A stretch of DNA of 64,000 nucleotides from Thermofilaceae archaeon (GCA_038727095.1 JAVYWK010000003.1:1-64000); one strand, 5' to 3'; positions 25,239 to 36,586 are shown, counted from the stretch's first letter. The notes: generated from the letters alone by a model not told the origin. Numbers and translations: made by a program.

Positions 25239-25659
25239 GCTGCACCCTTAGTACTCCTTTACAACCCTCAATAACTATTTCAGCTTCAAGCCCGTTAATG
25301 ATGCCTTTGAGGCTGAAGGGATCCGGGGTTGGCCTGTCCATCAAGGGAATGCCCCCTAACAGGCATCCTACAACGATTATCGGCTCGCTTTCAGCATTCA
25401 CGATGCCGGCCGGCGCTAAGCCCCTTCTCGCTAGACGAAGGAGCGTGTAGGATCCCACCGTGCTACCCTTCCCGTAGGGGAAAACCAGTACTGAGCCCGA
25501 CACGCTCTCTCCGTACAGCTCATGCCCTCTCTCCACTATCCTCCCGGTCTCGGGATCGATGCCTCCGTAAAACGATATGGGCTCAGTCGTGATGAGGACC
25601 CTTCCACGGCCCCTACCCTTCACGAGACCCCTCCCCACTAGCTCCACGAGCTCGTCCAC
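25195..25659 (-). CDS. Aconitase X small (swivel) subunit, putative phosphomevalonate dehydratase small subunit
   Basis: ISFYGGID..TG and FP.GKGSTVGS motifs (DUF126). Start uncertain. Confidence 0.88.
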   Translation of the reverse strand: MDELVELVGRGLVKGRGRGRVLITTEPISFYGGIDPETGRIVERGHELYGESVSGSVLVFPYGKGSTVGSYTLLRLARRGLAPAGIVNAESEPIIVVGCLLGGIPLMDRPTPDPFSLKGIINGLEAEIVIEGCKGVLRVQRDARGSQRAREGSA

Positions 25660-25695
25660 AAGGTAGGTGCGTGCGCAGCGGCTTAAAGGCAATTG

Positions 25696-26880
25696 TTAAC
25701 CTATGACGTACTCCAGCAGAGCTTCCCTAGGCATCAGCGCGACCTTGTAGCCTTGGCTGGAAAGGTAGTAGGCGGCCTTCGCAGAATCGGTAGCACACCT
25801 GTGTACCCCCAAAGCAGATAGATTCCCAACGACCATGCATGTGTCGGAGTACACTCTAACCCCCATACTCCTCAACTTTTCGACGGCTGCCCTCGCTACT
25901 ACAGCGCTCCATCTCGAGGTGAACACGAAGAGAGGCTTCCTCAGAGTCTTCCCCTTCAGCCTATTTGCCAAATCGAGCAACTCATCCGGCGACAGGTGCG
26001 GGCATCCCAGGACCGCTGCATCGAAATCCTCACACCTCCAGCTCTCAAGGATCTCCGTAAGATCGCTCACCTCAGGCTCGATCCTCTCAAGACCCTCTGA
26101 GAGCGTAAACTCGGGGGAGATCCCTTCGATAAGCACCATTCCGATCGAACTCGAAGCCCCAACGGCGGCTAGAAAGACCCGCAAGTTGCCCTGCTCTTTC
26201 AGTCCTCCCGGCGGATCATGCAAGGCTGGAACCCCCTTCCCCACAACTTCTCCGACAAGGTAGCCGAGCGCCGAGTAGCTCCGGCTGGCTTCGACGAAAT
26301 CCCTGATTCTTCTGAGATCAAGTACCACATTAGGCTTCCTCGCCTCATCAGTGTGAAGGCCTACATAGGGAGCTCTGCCTACAAGGGCCTCCAGCACCGA
26401 GAAAGGACCGCCCTCCCGATTTGACCTCGCGCCGAGCACGCTGTTAGCATAGAGTACTGCGCTGCTTTCAGCCCAAGCTAAATGATCGCCAAAACGGGGA
26501 GGGTAGATTAGGTACGGCGTGCAGCTCAGGGTAGCTTGCGCACCCATCCTAGCTAGGGCCTTCAAAGCTCGCATCTGAAGCTCGTGCTCTCTCACGCCAA
26601 CCCCCATCTCGCCGTAACGCTCCATGTCGAAGCCCGCCGGGTTGATCGTGGTGGGCACGGCGAACCGCAAGCCCTTTTCGGCTAGTTCCTCGAGATACTC
26701 AACACCCTCTACGCCTAAGTTCCTGTACGATATACCGGAGATGTGGGCGCTGACTACCTTAATCAGCCTCGGCGCGCCTAAGATTTCAGCAACCTTAACG
26801 ACAGCTTCTAGAGCCTCCGCTAAACCCTCCCCCCTTGCGCCTTTCAAAATTTCCTCCTCCTCTCTCGTAAGCCACACCAT
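25696..26880 (-). CDS. Aconitase X large subunit, putative phosphomevalonate dehydratase large subunit
   Basis: SCTPY, AWAESSAV.YANSVLGARSNREG, GCPH and DTCMVV motifs (DUF521). Confidence 0.9.
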   Translation of the reverse strand: MVWLTREEEEILKGARGEGLAEALEAVVKVAEILGAPRLIKVVSAHISGISYRNLGVEGVEYLEELAEKGLRFAVPTTINPAGFDMERYGEMGVGVREHELQMRALKALARMGAQATLSCTPYLIYPPRFGDHLAWAESSAVLYANSVLGARSNREGGPFSVLEALVGRAPYVGLHTDEARKPNVVLDLRRIRDFVEASRSYSALGYLVGEVVGKGVPALHDPPGGLKEQGNLRVFLAAVGASSSIGMVLIEGISPEFTLSEGLERIEPEVSDLTEILESWRCEDFDAAVLGCPHLSPDELLDLANRLKGKTLRKPLFVFTSRWSAVVARAAVEKLRSMGVRVYSDTCMVVGNLSALGVHRCATDSAKAAYYLSSQGYKVALMPREALLEYVIG

Positions 26881-27037
26881 CGTTCATGACACCGCTTTCG
26901 GTCGGTCGCCCTCGGGGCTCAGCCTTAATGCTTATCGCAATTTTAAACAGTTTCACCTCGCAGCACTTTACTTTCAGGCTTTTTACTGTCCGTAACTTTT
27001 AAAACTGCATTCCGCGTCTTTCCAGCTAGGGAGCTTA

Positions 27038-28099
27038 ATGAGTCGTAGAAGAGCCAGTGCGAGTAAGCCTACACCACCGGTAGAGGAGGGTAACGTAGAG
27101 GAGAGAGACGTGGATGGGGAAGAGTACGCGCTTCCTGATGCAGAGCCATCGCTTCTCGAAGAATTCGATCTTGAGGACCTAGAGGGGGTTGGAAGGGTCA
27201 CGGCCCAAAAGTTGCGGCAAGCGGGCTACTACTCTGTTAAGGACATAGCTTTCGCTTCAGCTCATGAACTCGCGGCGTTTCTAGGCTCTGAGGAGAGAGC
27301 ACTCAGCATAATCAGAGCTGCACAGCGAGCATTAAGCATGGGTAAGCTGTTCATCACGGCAAAGGAGTTCTACGAGGAGCGGAAGAGGATAGCCTACATA
27401 TCGACCGGCGTTAGAGCTCTCGATGACTTACTAGAGGGTGGGATTGAAACGCGCGCGATCACCGAGCTTATTGGCGAGTTTGGCGCTGGTAAGACTCAGC
27501 TTTGCCACCAGTTGGCTGTGATGGTTCAGCTTCCGCAGGAGAAGGGTGGTCTCTCGGGTAGGGCTCTCTACATCGACACTGAGGGCACCTTCAGGCCCGA
27601 GAGGATCATCAGCATGGCCAGGTACAGAGGATTGGACCCAGAAAAGGCCTTGGAGAATATCATTTACGCTAGGGCGTTCAATAGCGATCACCAAATGCTC
27701 ATTGTGGACGAGGCGAGGAGGATGATAGAGGAGCAAAACATCAAGTTGGTCATTGTGGATAGCTTGATAACGCACTTTAGAGCGGAGTATCCCGGTAGAG
27801 AGAATCTAGCGGCAAGGCAGCAGAAGCTTAACAAGCACATAATGCAGCTAGCAAGGCTGGCTGCGATCTACGATGTGGCGGTGGTTGTTACGAATCAAGT
27901 GCTGGCCGCGCCGGACGTTTTCTTCGGAAACCCGCTAAAACCGGCCGGAGGGAACGTAGTAGCGCACGGGTGCACATACCGCATTTGGCTCAGAAAGGGG
28001 AAGGAGGGGAAGAGGATAGCTCGAATCATCGATTCGCCGAAGCATGCTGAAAAAGAGACAGTGTTCACGATATCAGATGAGGGCGTAATCGACGTTTAA
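27038..28099 (+). CDS. radA: DNA repair and recombination protein RadA
   Basis: [21 protein letters not shown] and HFRAEYPGR motifs. No intein. Confidence 0.97.
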   Translation: MSRRRASASKPTPPVEEGNVEERDVDGEEYALPDAEPSLLEEFDLEDLEGVGRVTAQKLRQAGYYSVKDIAFASAHELAAFLGSEERALSIIRAAQRALSMGKLFITAKEFYEERKRIAYISTGVRALDDLLEGGIETRAITELIGEFGAGKTQLCHQLAVMVQLPQEKGGLSGRALYIDTEGTFRPERIISMARYRGLDPEKALENIIYARAFNSDHQMLIVDEARRMIEEQNIKLVIVDSLITHFRAEYPGRENLAARQQKLNKHIMQLARLAAIYDVAVVVTNQVLAAPDVFFGNPLKPAGGNVVAHGCTYRIWLRKGKEGKRIARIIDSPKHAEKETVFTISDEGVIDV

Positions 28100-28111
28100 A
28101 GCAAATATTAC

Positions 28112-29398
28112 CTATTGCCCGCCCAGCTTCTCTAAACTATAAACGAGTAGTGAAAAGCCGATACTTTCCAAGCTTTTAAGTAAGTCCAGATCGTGAAGGA
28201 CTTCGCCTCTCGCAAGCAGAATCTCCTCTTCGATTATAGTCTTCCCTTCCTGCTTAATCTTCCAGATCACCTTCGCTCTTCTATCCCTGCGGTACAGCTT
28301 CATTAGCGCGCATATGCGATGGCCCATCTTCTCCTCACTGCAGGAGAAGAGGAACTCACTAAACGATGACGTTTCCCCGGTATCGTTGGAGTAGTACTCC
28401 ACAACCTTATCCTTTGAGAGAGTCAAAATCCTGTAGCCATCTCTCGAGAACAGCTCCTTCAGTTTTCGCACCACTAAGTACCCTATCATGTCCTCGAATG
28501 CTTCATCGTCTCTTAACGTTGAGATCGGGATAAAGAACTCCTCTTTAACGATTTTATCACCGCTCCTCGCATTAAGGACGTTCACCATAACCCTTTCGAG
28601 AGCTTTATCCAACTGTTTAAAGCTGAGCTCATGCCGGCTCGCGCACCTCCTGCACAAGGTCCAGTCCGGGGGTAAGTGAACAACCCTCCCGCACTTCGAG
28701 CACTTCTTCCAGAACCCGTTGACGAAACGCCATTTCACGCCTACATTACCCGCCCTGTCAATCGTGATGAGGGCGTAATTCCCCATGTTCCTCCCATCTC
28801 TTCCTAGGCGATCCAGCCTCGCGACGTTCACAAACAGCGTGCCTCCCCTCTTCACCTCGAGACCGCCCAAAGCGTGGCAGTGCCCAAAAACGTGAAGTAC
28901 TGGCTTATAGTAGGAGATCAGGTAATTCACCTCTGGTAGCCCTGTGTATGACCCGTGTGCAGCGACTGCTTCAAGCTTTCTACCCCTATCCAGTATGCTG
29001 AAAGGTGGGTAGTGAGTTACTAAAACAACAGGCCTCTTCATGCTGCGCCGGATAGGCTCTAGGGATGACGCATGGCCAACAAGTGTCACGCCGTTGAGCT
29101 CCACCGGTCCTATGCTCTCTAAATCCGCTACGAGAGGGTCCTCTCGAAGCATCCCAGTCGGCGCGTTTACATCCCAGTTCCCTTTCACGTAGAAAACCGG
29201 TTTACCTAGCTTCGAGATCTCAGCCATTACATGGTGAAATGTCTTAGCATCCTGTGGGTCTCCTATGTCTCCGGCGATAACCACCGCGTCTACCGCTTGA
29301 AGCTCCACAGTATCAATGCTCGCGATAAACTCCCTCACAGCGTTCAATTTCCCGTGCAAGTCCGATAGGCACAGCAGCTGCGTACTTTCTTTCATCAC
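28112..29398 (-). CDS. Calcineurin-like metallophosphoesterase with Zn ribbon and C-terminal extension
   Basis: SDLHG, AGDIG, GNWD, THYPP and GHCH motifs, then CSKC...CRRC. Confidence 0.8.
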   Translation of the reverse strand: MMKESTQLLCLSDLHGKLNAVREFIASIDTVELQAVDAVVIAGDIGDPQDAKTFHHVMAEISKLGKPVFYVKGNWDVNAPTGMLREDPLVADLESIGPVELNGVTLVGHASSLEPIRRSMKRPVVLVTHYPPFSILDRGRKLEAVAAHGSYTGLPEVNYLISYYKPVLHVFGHCHALGGLEVKRGGTLFVNVARLDRLGRDGRNMGNYALITIDRAGNVGVKWRFVNGFWKKCSKCGRVVHLPPDWTLCRRCASRHELSFKQLDKALERVMVNVLNARSGDKIVKEEFFIPISTLRDDEAFEDMIGYLVVRKLKELFSRDGYRILTLSKDKVVEYYSNDTGETSSFSEFLFSCSEEKMGHRICALMKLYRRDRRAKVIWKIKQEGKTIIEEEILLARGEVLHDLDLLKSLESIGFSLLVYSLEKLGGQ

Positions 29399-29566
29399 GT
29401 TACTACCTCCGGCCCCTGATACTACGTAACCCCCCTCCGCAGGAGATCTATAAAAAGTTGCACAGCAACAGAGTACTCTGCGTGGCGCTTAAACAACGGC
29501 TCCCACGTGAGACCTAGCCTTGCCCAGCGGTACTACAACTAGCTAAACCATCAGTGAGCCAGTACG

Positions 29567-29703
29567 TGGAGCCCCGGCCGGGCTTCGAACCCGGGTCCTC
29601 CGTGCGGGAGAACCCGCTCTCCGGCTTTCCTGGCTCTCCATAAGCTCGGCTGCTCATCGAGGCTTACGAGGCCGGCGCTCGTACCAGGCTGAGCTACCGG
29701 GGC
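29567..29703 (-). tRNA. tRNA-Thr(CGT) with two introns (37/38: 29627-29664; 45/46: 29598-29618) and encoded CCA
   Basis: Acceptor GCCCCGG/CCGGGGC, U73, CCA; D-arm GCTC/GAGC; anticodon stem CCGGC/GCCGG with CT-CGT-A; T-arm CCGGG-TTCGAAG-CCCGG. Relaxed bulge-helix-bulge motifs at both introns and a TATTAA box upstream. Confidence 0.88.
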
Positions 29704-29747
29704 TATGGAGAGGTTAAAGCCCCCTCCCTTAATACCTTTACTCTTCC

Positions 29748-31037
29748 TCACGGATAAGCTCGTCGCAGCGTCCGCGGGAAGGGGAGTGCGTCCACGATGT
29801 GATCCAGCCCAGCTATCCACATGACTAACCTATCAACGCCCAATCCGAAGCCGGCATGGGGAACAGACCCATACCTACGCAGATCGATGTACCACTCGTA
29901 GTCCTCTGGTCGCAGCCCAAACTCTCTTATCTTCGCCAGGAGCTCCTCCAGCTTATCGATCCTCTCGCCCCCACCTACGATCTCACCGTAACCCTCAGGA
30001 GCCAGCAAGTCAGCTGAAAGGGTTACCTCGGGCCGATTAGGATCGTTCTTATGGTAGAAAGCTTTCGCTCTAACTGGGAAGCGGTGTACGAAGACCGGCT
30101 TGTCGAACTCCTCTACGATCACCCGCTCCTCGTCAGCGCCGAAATCCTCCCCCCACTGCAGCTTGAACCCCTTTCCCTCAAGCATCTCTAATGCTTCGTC
30201 GTAGCTAATCTTGTAGAAGGGAGGTTCGCAAAGCTCCAGCTTTTTCACGTCTCTGCCCAGCAGCTTCAGTTCTTCTTGGTTCTGCTCCAGAACCTTCTCT
30301 ACAGCGTGCCAAACGAGCTCCTCCTCTATACGCATGATATCATCGAGACCAGCCCAAGCTTCCTCAGCTTCGCAGTGCCAGAACTCGGTTAAGTGCCTTC
30401 TCGTCCGCGACTTCTCAGCTCTAAAGGATGGAGCGATAGTGTAAACTTTCTCAAGACTGAAGATTAAAGCCTCCAGGTAGAACTGGGAGGATTGAGTCAG
30501 ATACACGGTGCTATCATCAACGTACTTAACTGGGAACAGCGTCGCACCACCCTCAACGGCTGCCGTAATGAACATGGGGGCTTGAACCTCGTAGTAACCA
30601 TGAGACCTGAAGTAGTCGTGGATAGCCCCAAAAACGGTGTGCCTGATTTTTAGTATAGCCTGCATCCTCCTGCTGCGTACCCAGAGGTGGCGAACATCCA
30701 GCAGGAATTCGCGGGAATAGTCCTTGGATATCGGGAAGTTCCTAGATGGCCCAACAATCTCAAGAAGATTCCCAACTATCTCCTTACCGCCGGGTGCCCG
30801 CGGATCGCTCTTGACGAGCCCTGATACTACAACAGAGGATTCCACGTCCGCTTCCCTGGCTAGCGGGGCAAGTTTACCACTAAAAACCACCTGAATGATC
30901 CCCGTGGAATCGCGCACTACCAAGAATACCTTCTCGCCGAGATCCCTGTGCCTGTATACCCATCCCCTAACTGTCAACTCCTCTCCATCACCAGCCCGCA
31001 AAGCATCAGCGATCTCAACTACACGCCGATCAGCCAA
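29748..31037 (-). CDS. asnS: Asparaginyl-tRNA synthetase
   Basis: OB fold, YLTQSSQFYLE, FRAEKSRTRRHLTEFWH and PHAGFGLGVDR motifs. Confidence 0.9.
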   Translation of the reverse strand: MADRRVVEIADALRAGDGEELTVRGWVYRHRDLGEKVFLVVRDSTGIIQVVFSGKLAPLAREADVESSVVVSGLVKSDPRAPGGKEIVGNLLEIVGPSRNFPISKDYSREFLLDVRHLWVRSRRMQAILKIRHTVFGAIHDYFRSHGYYEVQAPMFITAAVEGGATLFPVKYVDDSTVYLTQSSQFYLEALIFSLEKVYTIAPSFRAEKSRTRRHLTEFWHCEAEEAWAGLDDIMRIEEELVWHAVEKVLEQNQEELKLLGRDVKKLELCEPPFYKISYDEALEMLEGKGFKLQWGEDFGADEERVIVEEFDKPVFVHRFPVRAKAFYHKNDPNRPEVTLSADLLAPEGYGEIVGGGERIDKLEELLAKIREFGLRPEDYEWYIDLRRYGSVPHAGFGLGVDRLVMWIAGLDHIVDALPFPRTLRRAYP

Positions 31038-31119
31038 AGTTCCTCACCATCGTTAAGTCGCTCACAACCTCCTTAAAAATCAGGCCCCGGGTTAGCGTCA
31101 GGCTTTTCAGCCCACACCT

Positions 31120-31872
31120 ATGGGCGAACTCATGAACGGTCGCATTTCAATGCTGCTGTCAATTATGCTACTCGTGGTCTTCGCCTACCTATCCTCCCAC
31201 TATCCCCAACACCTTGGAACGTTCCTAATGGTGTACCTCCTCGTAGCTCTATCGATAACCCTACTCATGGGCGGCCGTGCAGCATCGACCATGATACGCG
31301 ACCTCGAGTACATTAAGAAAGGTAGAGCACTCCTCTCCGTCGGTAGAGAAGAAGTTATCAAGCTCAAGAGTAAGGATAAAACGTTAAATGATGAAATGAA
31401 AAAGCAAACTTCACTAGTAATCCCTCAGTTTGTAATATTTTTCATAATGTTTACTGTTTTACTTGTTCCAAATATAAGAGATTCTATCATATTTTACTTT
31501 AGTAACTTATTAGCTTCTTATACTTCGAATAGTAATCTAATTAATTTTATATCCTTTTTAATATTCTATGGGATTTTTACATTTGTTTTCCAAATAAGTT
31601 CAATATATTCCAGGAGGAGGATGGATAAGCTAGGGGGAAGATTGGAAGTACCTCTCTTCTACGTAATCACTGAAAACGGGCTGATATTGGAGGAGAGAAT
31701 ACCTTTGAAGGCCCCGTTAAACATCTTAGAATTGAAAGTCGATACTCGGCGCCGCTTTGTAGAGTTTAGAGTGAAGTCACCTTTGAGCGGGATGAACAGA
31801 TACAGGCTTTACTATGAAGAACCCCGAGCCCTTGAAACCTACTTGAAGCGCTTAACCGAACAGCGCAGCTAA
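31120..31872 (+). CDS. Conserved crenarchaeal membrane protein (DUF2208-like)
   Basis: TM segments, a KDK.L..E linker and a C-terminal Y.ITENG beta domain. Confidence 0.6.
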   Translation: MGELMNGRISMLLSIMLLVVFAYLSSHYPQHLGTFLMVYLLVALSITLLMGGRAASTMIRDLEYIKKGRALLSVGREEVIKLKSKDKTLNDEMKKQTSLVIPQFVIFFIMFTVLLVPNIRDSIIFYFSNLLASYTSNSNLINFISFLIFYGIFTFVFQISSIYSRRRMDKLGGRLEVPLFYVITENGLILEERIPLKAPLNILELKVDTRRRFVEFRVKSPLSGMNRYRLYYEEPRALETYLKRLTEQRS

Positions 31873-32193
31873 GCCTTCAGCGACCTCTTCCTCCGATTCC
31901 TTCTTCTCCTCCTCTTCCTTTCTACTCTCCTTTACCTCTGCCGATTCGGCCGCAGGAGCTGTCGCCGCCTGGCCAGCCGGCTGAGTAGGCTGAGCGGCGA
32001 TTGGTGTCGCTACGGCAAAGCTGGCGCTCTTTATTGCTTCATCGATGTTGACTCCGCGTAAAGCAGCTACCACAGCTTTTACTCTCACTTCATCCACCTC
32101 AATGCCTGCGGCCTCTAAGATCCTTCTCAGGCCTTCCTCTGTGATTGGGTGTTTGGCGTAGTGGAGCAGCAAGCTTGCGTACACGTACTCCAT
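31852..32193 (-). CDS. rpl12: 50S ribosomal stalk protein L12/P1
   Basis: [11 protein letters not shown] ... EGLAALFG. Confidence 0.97.
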   Translation of the reverse strand: MEYVYASLLLHYAKHPITEEGLRRILEAAGIEVDEVRVKAVVAALRGVNIDEAIKSASFAVATPIAAQPTQPAGQAATAPAAESAEVKESRKEEEEKKESEEEVAEGLAALFG

Positions 32194-32227
32194 TCTAAGC
32201 CCCCCGCGCGCTAGGGTGGATGGCTTA

Positions 32228-35032
32228 TTAAACTTTATTCCTACGGGTCGCTGAGGTTGTACGCCTTTCGTGCCAGTACTCCCTGGTTCTCAGGTACTCC
32301 GCCTCAGCTCTTACAACTTCCCGAATTAACTCCTCTTCGCTAATCCCATGACTAAGGATCCTCGCTGCAACAGTGGGACCCACGCCTCTCCCCGCCAAGC
32401 AGAGCAAAGCTTTCTTGCCGTAGCTCATCGTGAGGATCGCGCTCTTCTGAGCGTTTCTAACTATGTTTTCCTCCTCTCTGGTGAGCTTATCACCTCTCCT
32501 CCACTTTCTCAAAACCTGGATAGCATCAGATTCCCAGTAGTTGAATACGGCAACAATCTTTGACCCGCACTTCGGGCATCGAATCTCGTCCGGAGCATCT
32601 TCTACGGATACCTCGCTACTCCACTCTACGCAGTGGAGGCATACGAGTAGGAGCCTTGTCTTCTCCAAGCGTTTCTTTACGTAATCGAGAGCCACAATCT
32701 GTTCGAGGCCTCTGACGAGAAGCCCCGCTTTGAAGGGTTTCTCGAACATGCTTTTAGCCATCGGTGAAAGCTCTCTAACCCTGGCAACGTGAACCTTCAC
32801 CCTCCCCGACTTAAGGTTGTCAGCTAGACGCTCAAGGGTTTCTACGTCAAAACGTGTGCTTAAGAGCTCCTTCACAGCTTCCACTTCTACGACCGTTCCT
32901 GCAAGAAGCTCTGCTAGCCTCCTGGGAGGTACTTTCAATCTCGACCCCTTCCGCAGCACGCCTATACGCTGACAAACATGGAGGAGCTTCCAGAGATAAG
33001 CGCCTGACCCCCTTATGGCTTCCTTCACGTGCGGGAGGAGCTCCTCCTTCAAGTTGAGGAAGACCTCTGCCAGCTCCCCGGGGTCTACGTCCCTCGAGAG
33101 CATGAGCGCTATCCTGTAGGCGTCAAAGATGAACTTCGAGGAGACCCCTTTAACCTTCGCCAGGTAGAAGCTGAGAAGAAGCGCGAGTAGGGCGTTAGCT
33201 CGAGTCCCCAAGCACGCGTGAAAAACGGCGATCCTACCCCCGTACTCCAGAACGATCATCTTATCGGTTGGAACCTCACCAGTCGATGCCTTCTGCTTCT
33301 CCAGGTACTCTCTGATCGTCCCTAGTAGATTCACTTCTACATTATACTCCGCAGCCAGTTTCTCGAGCGGTTCTGCCAGCAAGCGACGCCACAAAGCCCC
33401 TACTTCTCTTGCCACTTTGTAGGGGACGGGTAGATCCTCTCCTACCCAAGTTGGGATGACAGCTTCAGAATCCTCCGAAGACTTAGCGAATAACCTTCCT
33501 TCGTCCAGGGCGACCTTCACCACCTCCCAAACCCTACCCCCAAGCACGAATCTACTCCCCTCCGCTAAGTAAGATGCGGCGAAATCACCATCTAGCACTC
33601 CGATCTTTCGCCGACTTGCGATATCGATCACGTCGAGCGTCTCAACGTCAGGTATTGTTGAAGCTGATTCGTAGTAGTAAGTGAGAGAGCGAGGCCCCCT
33701 GCGAAGCTTATCTCCCTCTAAACGCAGCAGTTTTATGCTAGATAGAAAGTCCGCCAAGTTTCTGAGCTCGTTAAGAGTGAGATTCCGGTAGGGCAGAGCC
33801 CTAGTTATCAACCTCTGAGCCTCATGCAAGTCGACCTCCCCCCTTTCGATAACCAGGCCCACCAACTGATGGGCTAATACATCGTACGCCAGCTCCTCGT
33901 ACTCGATTTCCTCGAGATCGCCTCGTTCCGCCCTCCTAGCAATGATGATTGCTTCCGAAAGCTCATCAACATCTGGGGCGATGATAGCACCCTTCGCTAC
34001 TCCGCCAATGAAGTGCGAGCTCCTACCCACCCTTTGGACCAACCTGTTGACTTGGCGGGATGACATATACTGAACTACGTAATCAACGTAGCCTACGTCG
34101 ATTCCGAGCTCTAGGCTGGACGTTGCGATCAGGCACCTCAATTTACCCATCTTCAGAGTTCTTTCTGCCTCAATGCGTTGCTCCTTGGATAGCGAGCCGT
34201 GGTGTACAGCCACGGCATCACCTAAGTACTGCTTCAATCTCGAGCCTAGTGCTTCAGCAGTGTCTCGAGTGTTTACGAACACTATGACACTTCTGTGCAT
34301 GGCGACGATCTTCAGCAAGTGTTCTGTTCTCTCTTCAACGTCGGAGTACGAGCCAGCGTAGGTAACTTCAACTTCGTACTGCCTCCCTTCCTTCACTTCA
34401 ACTAGCTCGAAGTACCTCCCACCCGTGAGAAGATACCCGGCAGCCAGAGGATTCTTTAGGGTGGCCGAGAGCCCGATGCGTTGAATGTTGTGCGCGCTTA
34501 GCTGCTCTAACCTTTCGAGCGCGATGGTAAGTTGCAACCCTCTTTTGCTCGGGATCAGCTCGTGCAGCTCGTCAACTACGACCCACCGCACGTGCTGCAA
34601 AGCTTTCCTCATCTTTTCGTTGACAAGGAGGAGCTGAAAAGTCTCAGGGGTTGTTATCAGGATGTGAGGTGGATCCTCCGCTATCCTCTTCCTCGCGCTG
34701 TACGGAGTATCCCCATGCCTGACCTCAAGCCTTACTCCTATTTCAGCAGCGAGCTCACTCATCCTGATGAAAATGTCCCTGTTCAGCGCTCTTAGGGGGG
34801 TTATGTAAAGGGCTGAAATACGGCCATCATCGCACCCCTCCCTTAGAAGCGAACTAAAAATCGGGAACAAGGAGGCCTCGGTCTTTCCGTAACCAGTTGG
34901 AGCTGATATTACCGCACTGACCCCTCTACTTAGTACGCTAAACGCCTTCAGTTGCAGCTGGTTAAACGACAGGTACTTGAACCTCCTAGCTACAGCCAGG
35001 AGACGGGGGTGCAGCAGCTCTTCAACATCCAT
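32228..35032 (-). CDS. lhr: Lhr-like SF2 helicase with C-terminal Zn ribbon
   Basis: [31 protein letters not shown] and QRVGRS motifs. Start reset to ATG 35032. Confidence 0.92.
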   Translation of the reverse strand: MDVEELLHPRLLAVARRFKYLSFNQLQLKAFSVLSRGVSAVISAPTGYGKTEASLFPIFSSLLREGCDDGRISALYITPLRALNRDIFIRMSELAAEIGVRLEVRHGDTPYSARKRIAEDPPHILITTPETFQLLLVNEKMRKALQHVRWVVVDELHELIPSKRGLQLTIALERLEQLSAHNIQRIGLSATLKNPLAAGYLLTGGRYFELVEVKEGRQYEVEVTYAGSYSDVEERTEHLLKIVAMHRSVIVFVNTRDTAEALGSRLKQYLGDAVAVHHGSLSKEQRIEAERTLKMGKLRCLIATSSLELGIDVGYVDYVVQYMSSRQVNRLVQRVGRSSHFIGGVAKGAIIAPDVDELSEAIIIARRAERGDLEEIEYEELAYDVLAHQLVGLVIERGEVDLHEAQRLITRALPYRNLTLNELRNLADFLSSIKLLRLEGDKLRRGPRSLTYYYESASTIPDVETLDVIDIASRRKIGVLDGDFAASYLAEGSRFVLGGRVWEVVKVALDEGRLFAKSSEDSEAVIPTWVGEDLPVPYKVAREVGALWRRLLAEPLEKLAAEYNVEVNLLGTIREYLEKQKASTGEVPTDKMIVLEYGGRIAVFHACLGTRANALLALLLSFYLAKVKGVSSKFIFDAYRIALMLSRDVDPGELAEVFLNLKEELLPHVKEAIRGSGAYLWKLLHVCQRIGVLRKGSRLKVPPRRLAELLAGTVVEVEAVKELLSTRFDVETLERLADNLKSGRVKVHVARVRELSPMAKSMFEKPFKAGLLVRGLEQIVALDYVKKRLEKTRLLLVCLHCVEWSSEVSVEDAPDEIRCPKCGSKIVAVFNYWESDAIQVLRKWRRGDKLTREEENIVRNAQKSAILTMSYGKKALLCLAGRGVGPTVAARILSHGISEEELIREVVRAEAEYLRTREYWHERRTTSATRRNKV

Positions 35033-35098
35033 CTCTAGCTTCCTCACTCGCCTTCCGGCATGCGGCAAAAATTTAACGCGGTGCGGCTTCTTCACCCG

Positions 35099-35494
35099 AT
35101 GCCTCTAATCAAGAGGGAAAAACAGTCTAAACCTCCACCAATCCCCCCGGAAGTGATCCTCGCCAGCAGACCTCTGAAGAACCCTGCGATAGCGTGGGAG
35201 AAGACCGAAAAAGGGGAAGTCGTTATTAGGATCCCGCTCGAGACTTCGCAGTCAGGATTGTTCAGCGGCTTCGTGAAGGAGCCCCGTGAAAAGAAGATCC
35301 TGTTAGACCCTATCGGCTCCTACGTGTGGGAATTGATCGATGGTGAGAAAACCATCAACGAGATCGCGGAGCTTGTGGCTCAACGTTTCAAGTTCCACCG
35401 GAGAGAGGCTCAGATGTCCCTGCTTGCCTACATTCAGATACTGGCAGAACGAGGACTTATAACGTTGCTTGCACCTGCACCTACTAGCCGCTAG
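35099..35494 (+). CDS. Stand-alone PqqD-family (RRE-like) protein
   Basis: LD.IGS.VWELIDG..TI.EI ... L.ERGLI pattern. Confidence 0.8.
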   Translation: MPLIKREKQSKPPPIPPEVILASRPLKNPAIAWEKTEKGEVVIRIPLETSQSGLFSGFVKEPREKKILLDPIGSYVWELIDGEKTINEIAELVAQRFKFHRREAQMSLLAYIQILAERGLITLLAPAPTSR

Positions 35495-35503
35495 GTCGGT
35501 GCA

Positions 35504-36232
35504 ATGGACGAGTACGAGCAGCTTCTCAAGGAGCTGGAAGCACTGTTGAAAGCCAAACGCACAATGCAGTGTGAAGACCTGCTAGCATGGGGTAGGGAGA
35601 GGAATGTAGGTCCCGTCACTCTCCTGTCTATAGTCGAAGACCTCTTGCAAAAGGGGATTGCTGAGGCTTCAGCTGAGCAGGAGCTAATCGACGACTTCCT
35701 CGAACTCTCGTTACCGAAAAGACTATCCTTAAAGCAGGTACGAACTTCCGGCTCTTACCAAGCCCCCCGCGCCACGCAGCCCCGACGTAAGAGGAAGAGG
35801 GGGAAAGCCGAAAAGAGAGGTGAACTCTTAAGGTTCTTGTACGAGCAGGAAGAAGGGACTAGAGAGATTGCTGAGGAGAAGAGTGAGGAACTACGAAGAG
35901 GGGAAGAAGAGAGATTAAGACCTCAAGCGTCACTTGAGGAGCCGAGAACAGAGCCCGTAAGAGAGGAGGGAGTGCCGGAGGAGAGAGAATACGTACTAGC
36001 GCTACAGTACCTTCACAAATTCTGGAGCGTCGGTGAACTTAGGTTTGAGGCCGATATGAAGAGCATGGGGGTACGAGACGCGGCTTCTTTGATCAGAAGA
36101 TTACAGAATGAGGGTTTAGTTGAGACTGCTGAGCCTGGTGTGATCAACGCTAAGCGGGAGTTAATCGAGGAGAGATTGAAAGAGCTAAACCGCAGTTTAC
36201 CTCCAAGCCCTCTGGCCGACTTGTTCGGCTAA
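35504..36232 (+). CDS. Hypothetical protein
   Basis: 242-aa ORF with a charged linker between two small helical domains. Confidence 0.6.
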   Translation: MDEYEQLLKELEALLKAKRTMQCEDLLAWGRERNVGPVTLLSIVEDLLQKGIAEASAEQELIDDFLELSLPKRLSLKQVRTSGSYQAPRATQPRRKRKRGKAEKRGELLRFLYEQEEGTREIAEEKSEELRRGEEERLRPQASLEEPRTEPVREEGVPEEREYVLALQYLHKFWSVGELRFEADMKSMGVRDAASLIRRLQNEGLVETAEPGVINAKRELIEERLKELNRSLPPSPLADLFG

Positions 36233-36555
36233 GCTGCTACGGGGACGTAGATTTTCACGCGCCTATTACCGCTCACGAGTTTCAGTAGCCCCTGCTCTTC
36301 TAAAGCCTTCAAAACCCTCTTAGCCTCGCTTATCCTTAAACCGTACTGACTATGCAGCATGTAAGGCGTGATGTACGTCGCTCTGCTAATCTCCTTGAAT
36401 ATCGCATCTAGTGAAGCTTGAGTTACCCTGCCTTCATTGCTGAGAGTGATCTTCGGCTTACCGCGCGAAGCGTCTTGCTGCTTGGAGCTCTTTTCCTGCT
36501 CTTTCCTAACCCTCTTCTCCAGCTGAGAGATCGTGGGCCTTTTCTTGCCTCCCAT
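36229..36555 (-). CDS. rps25e: 30S ribosomal protein S25e
   Basis: MGGKKRPTISQLEK ... ITPY.L...YGL.IS.AK..L. Confidence 0.92.
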   Translation of the reverse strand: MGGKKRPTISQLEKRVRKEQEKSSKQQDASRGKPKITLSNEGRVTQASLDAIFKEISRATYITPYMLHSQYGLRISEAKRVLKALEEQGLLKLVSGNRRVKIYVPVAA

Positions 36556-36586
36556 ACGACCCCCTCTCTCAAACTTGAGGGGATTC

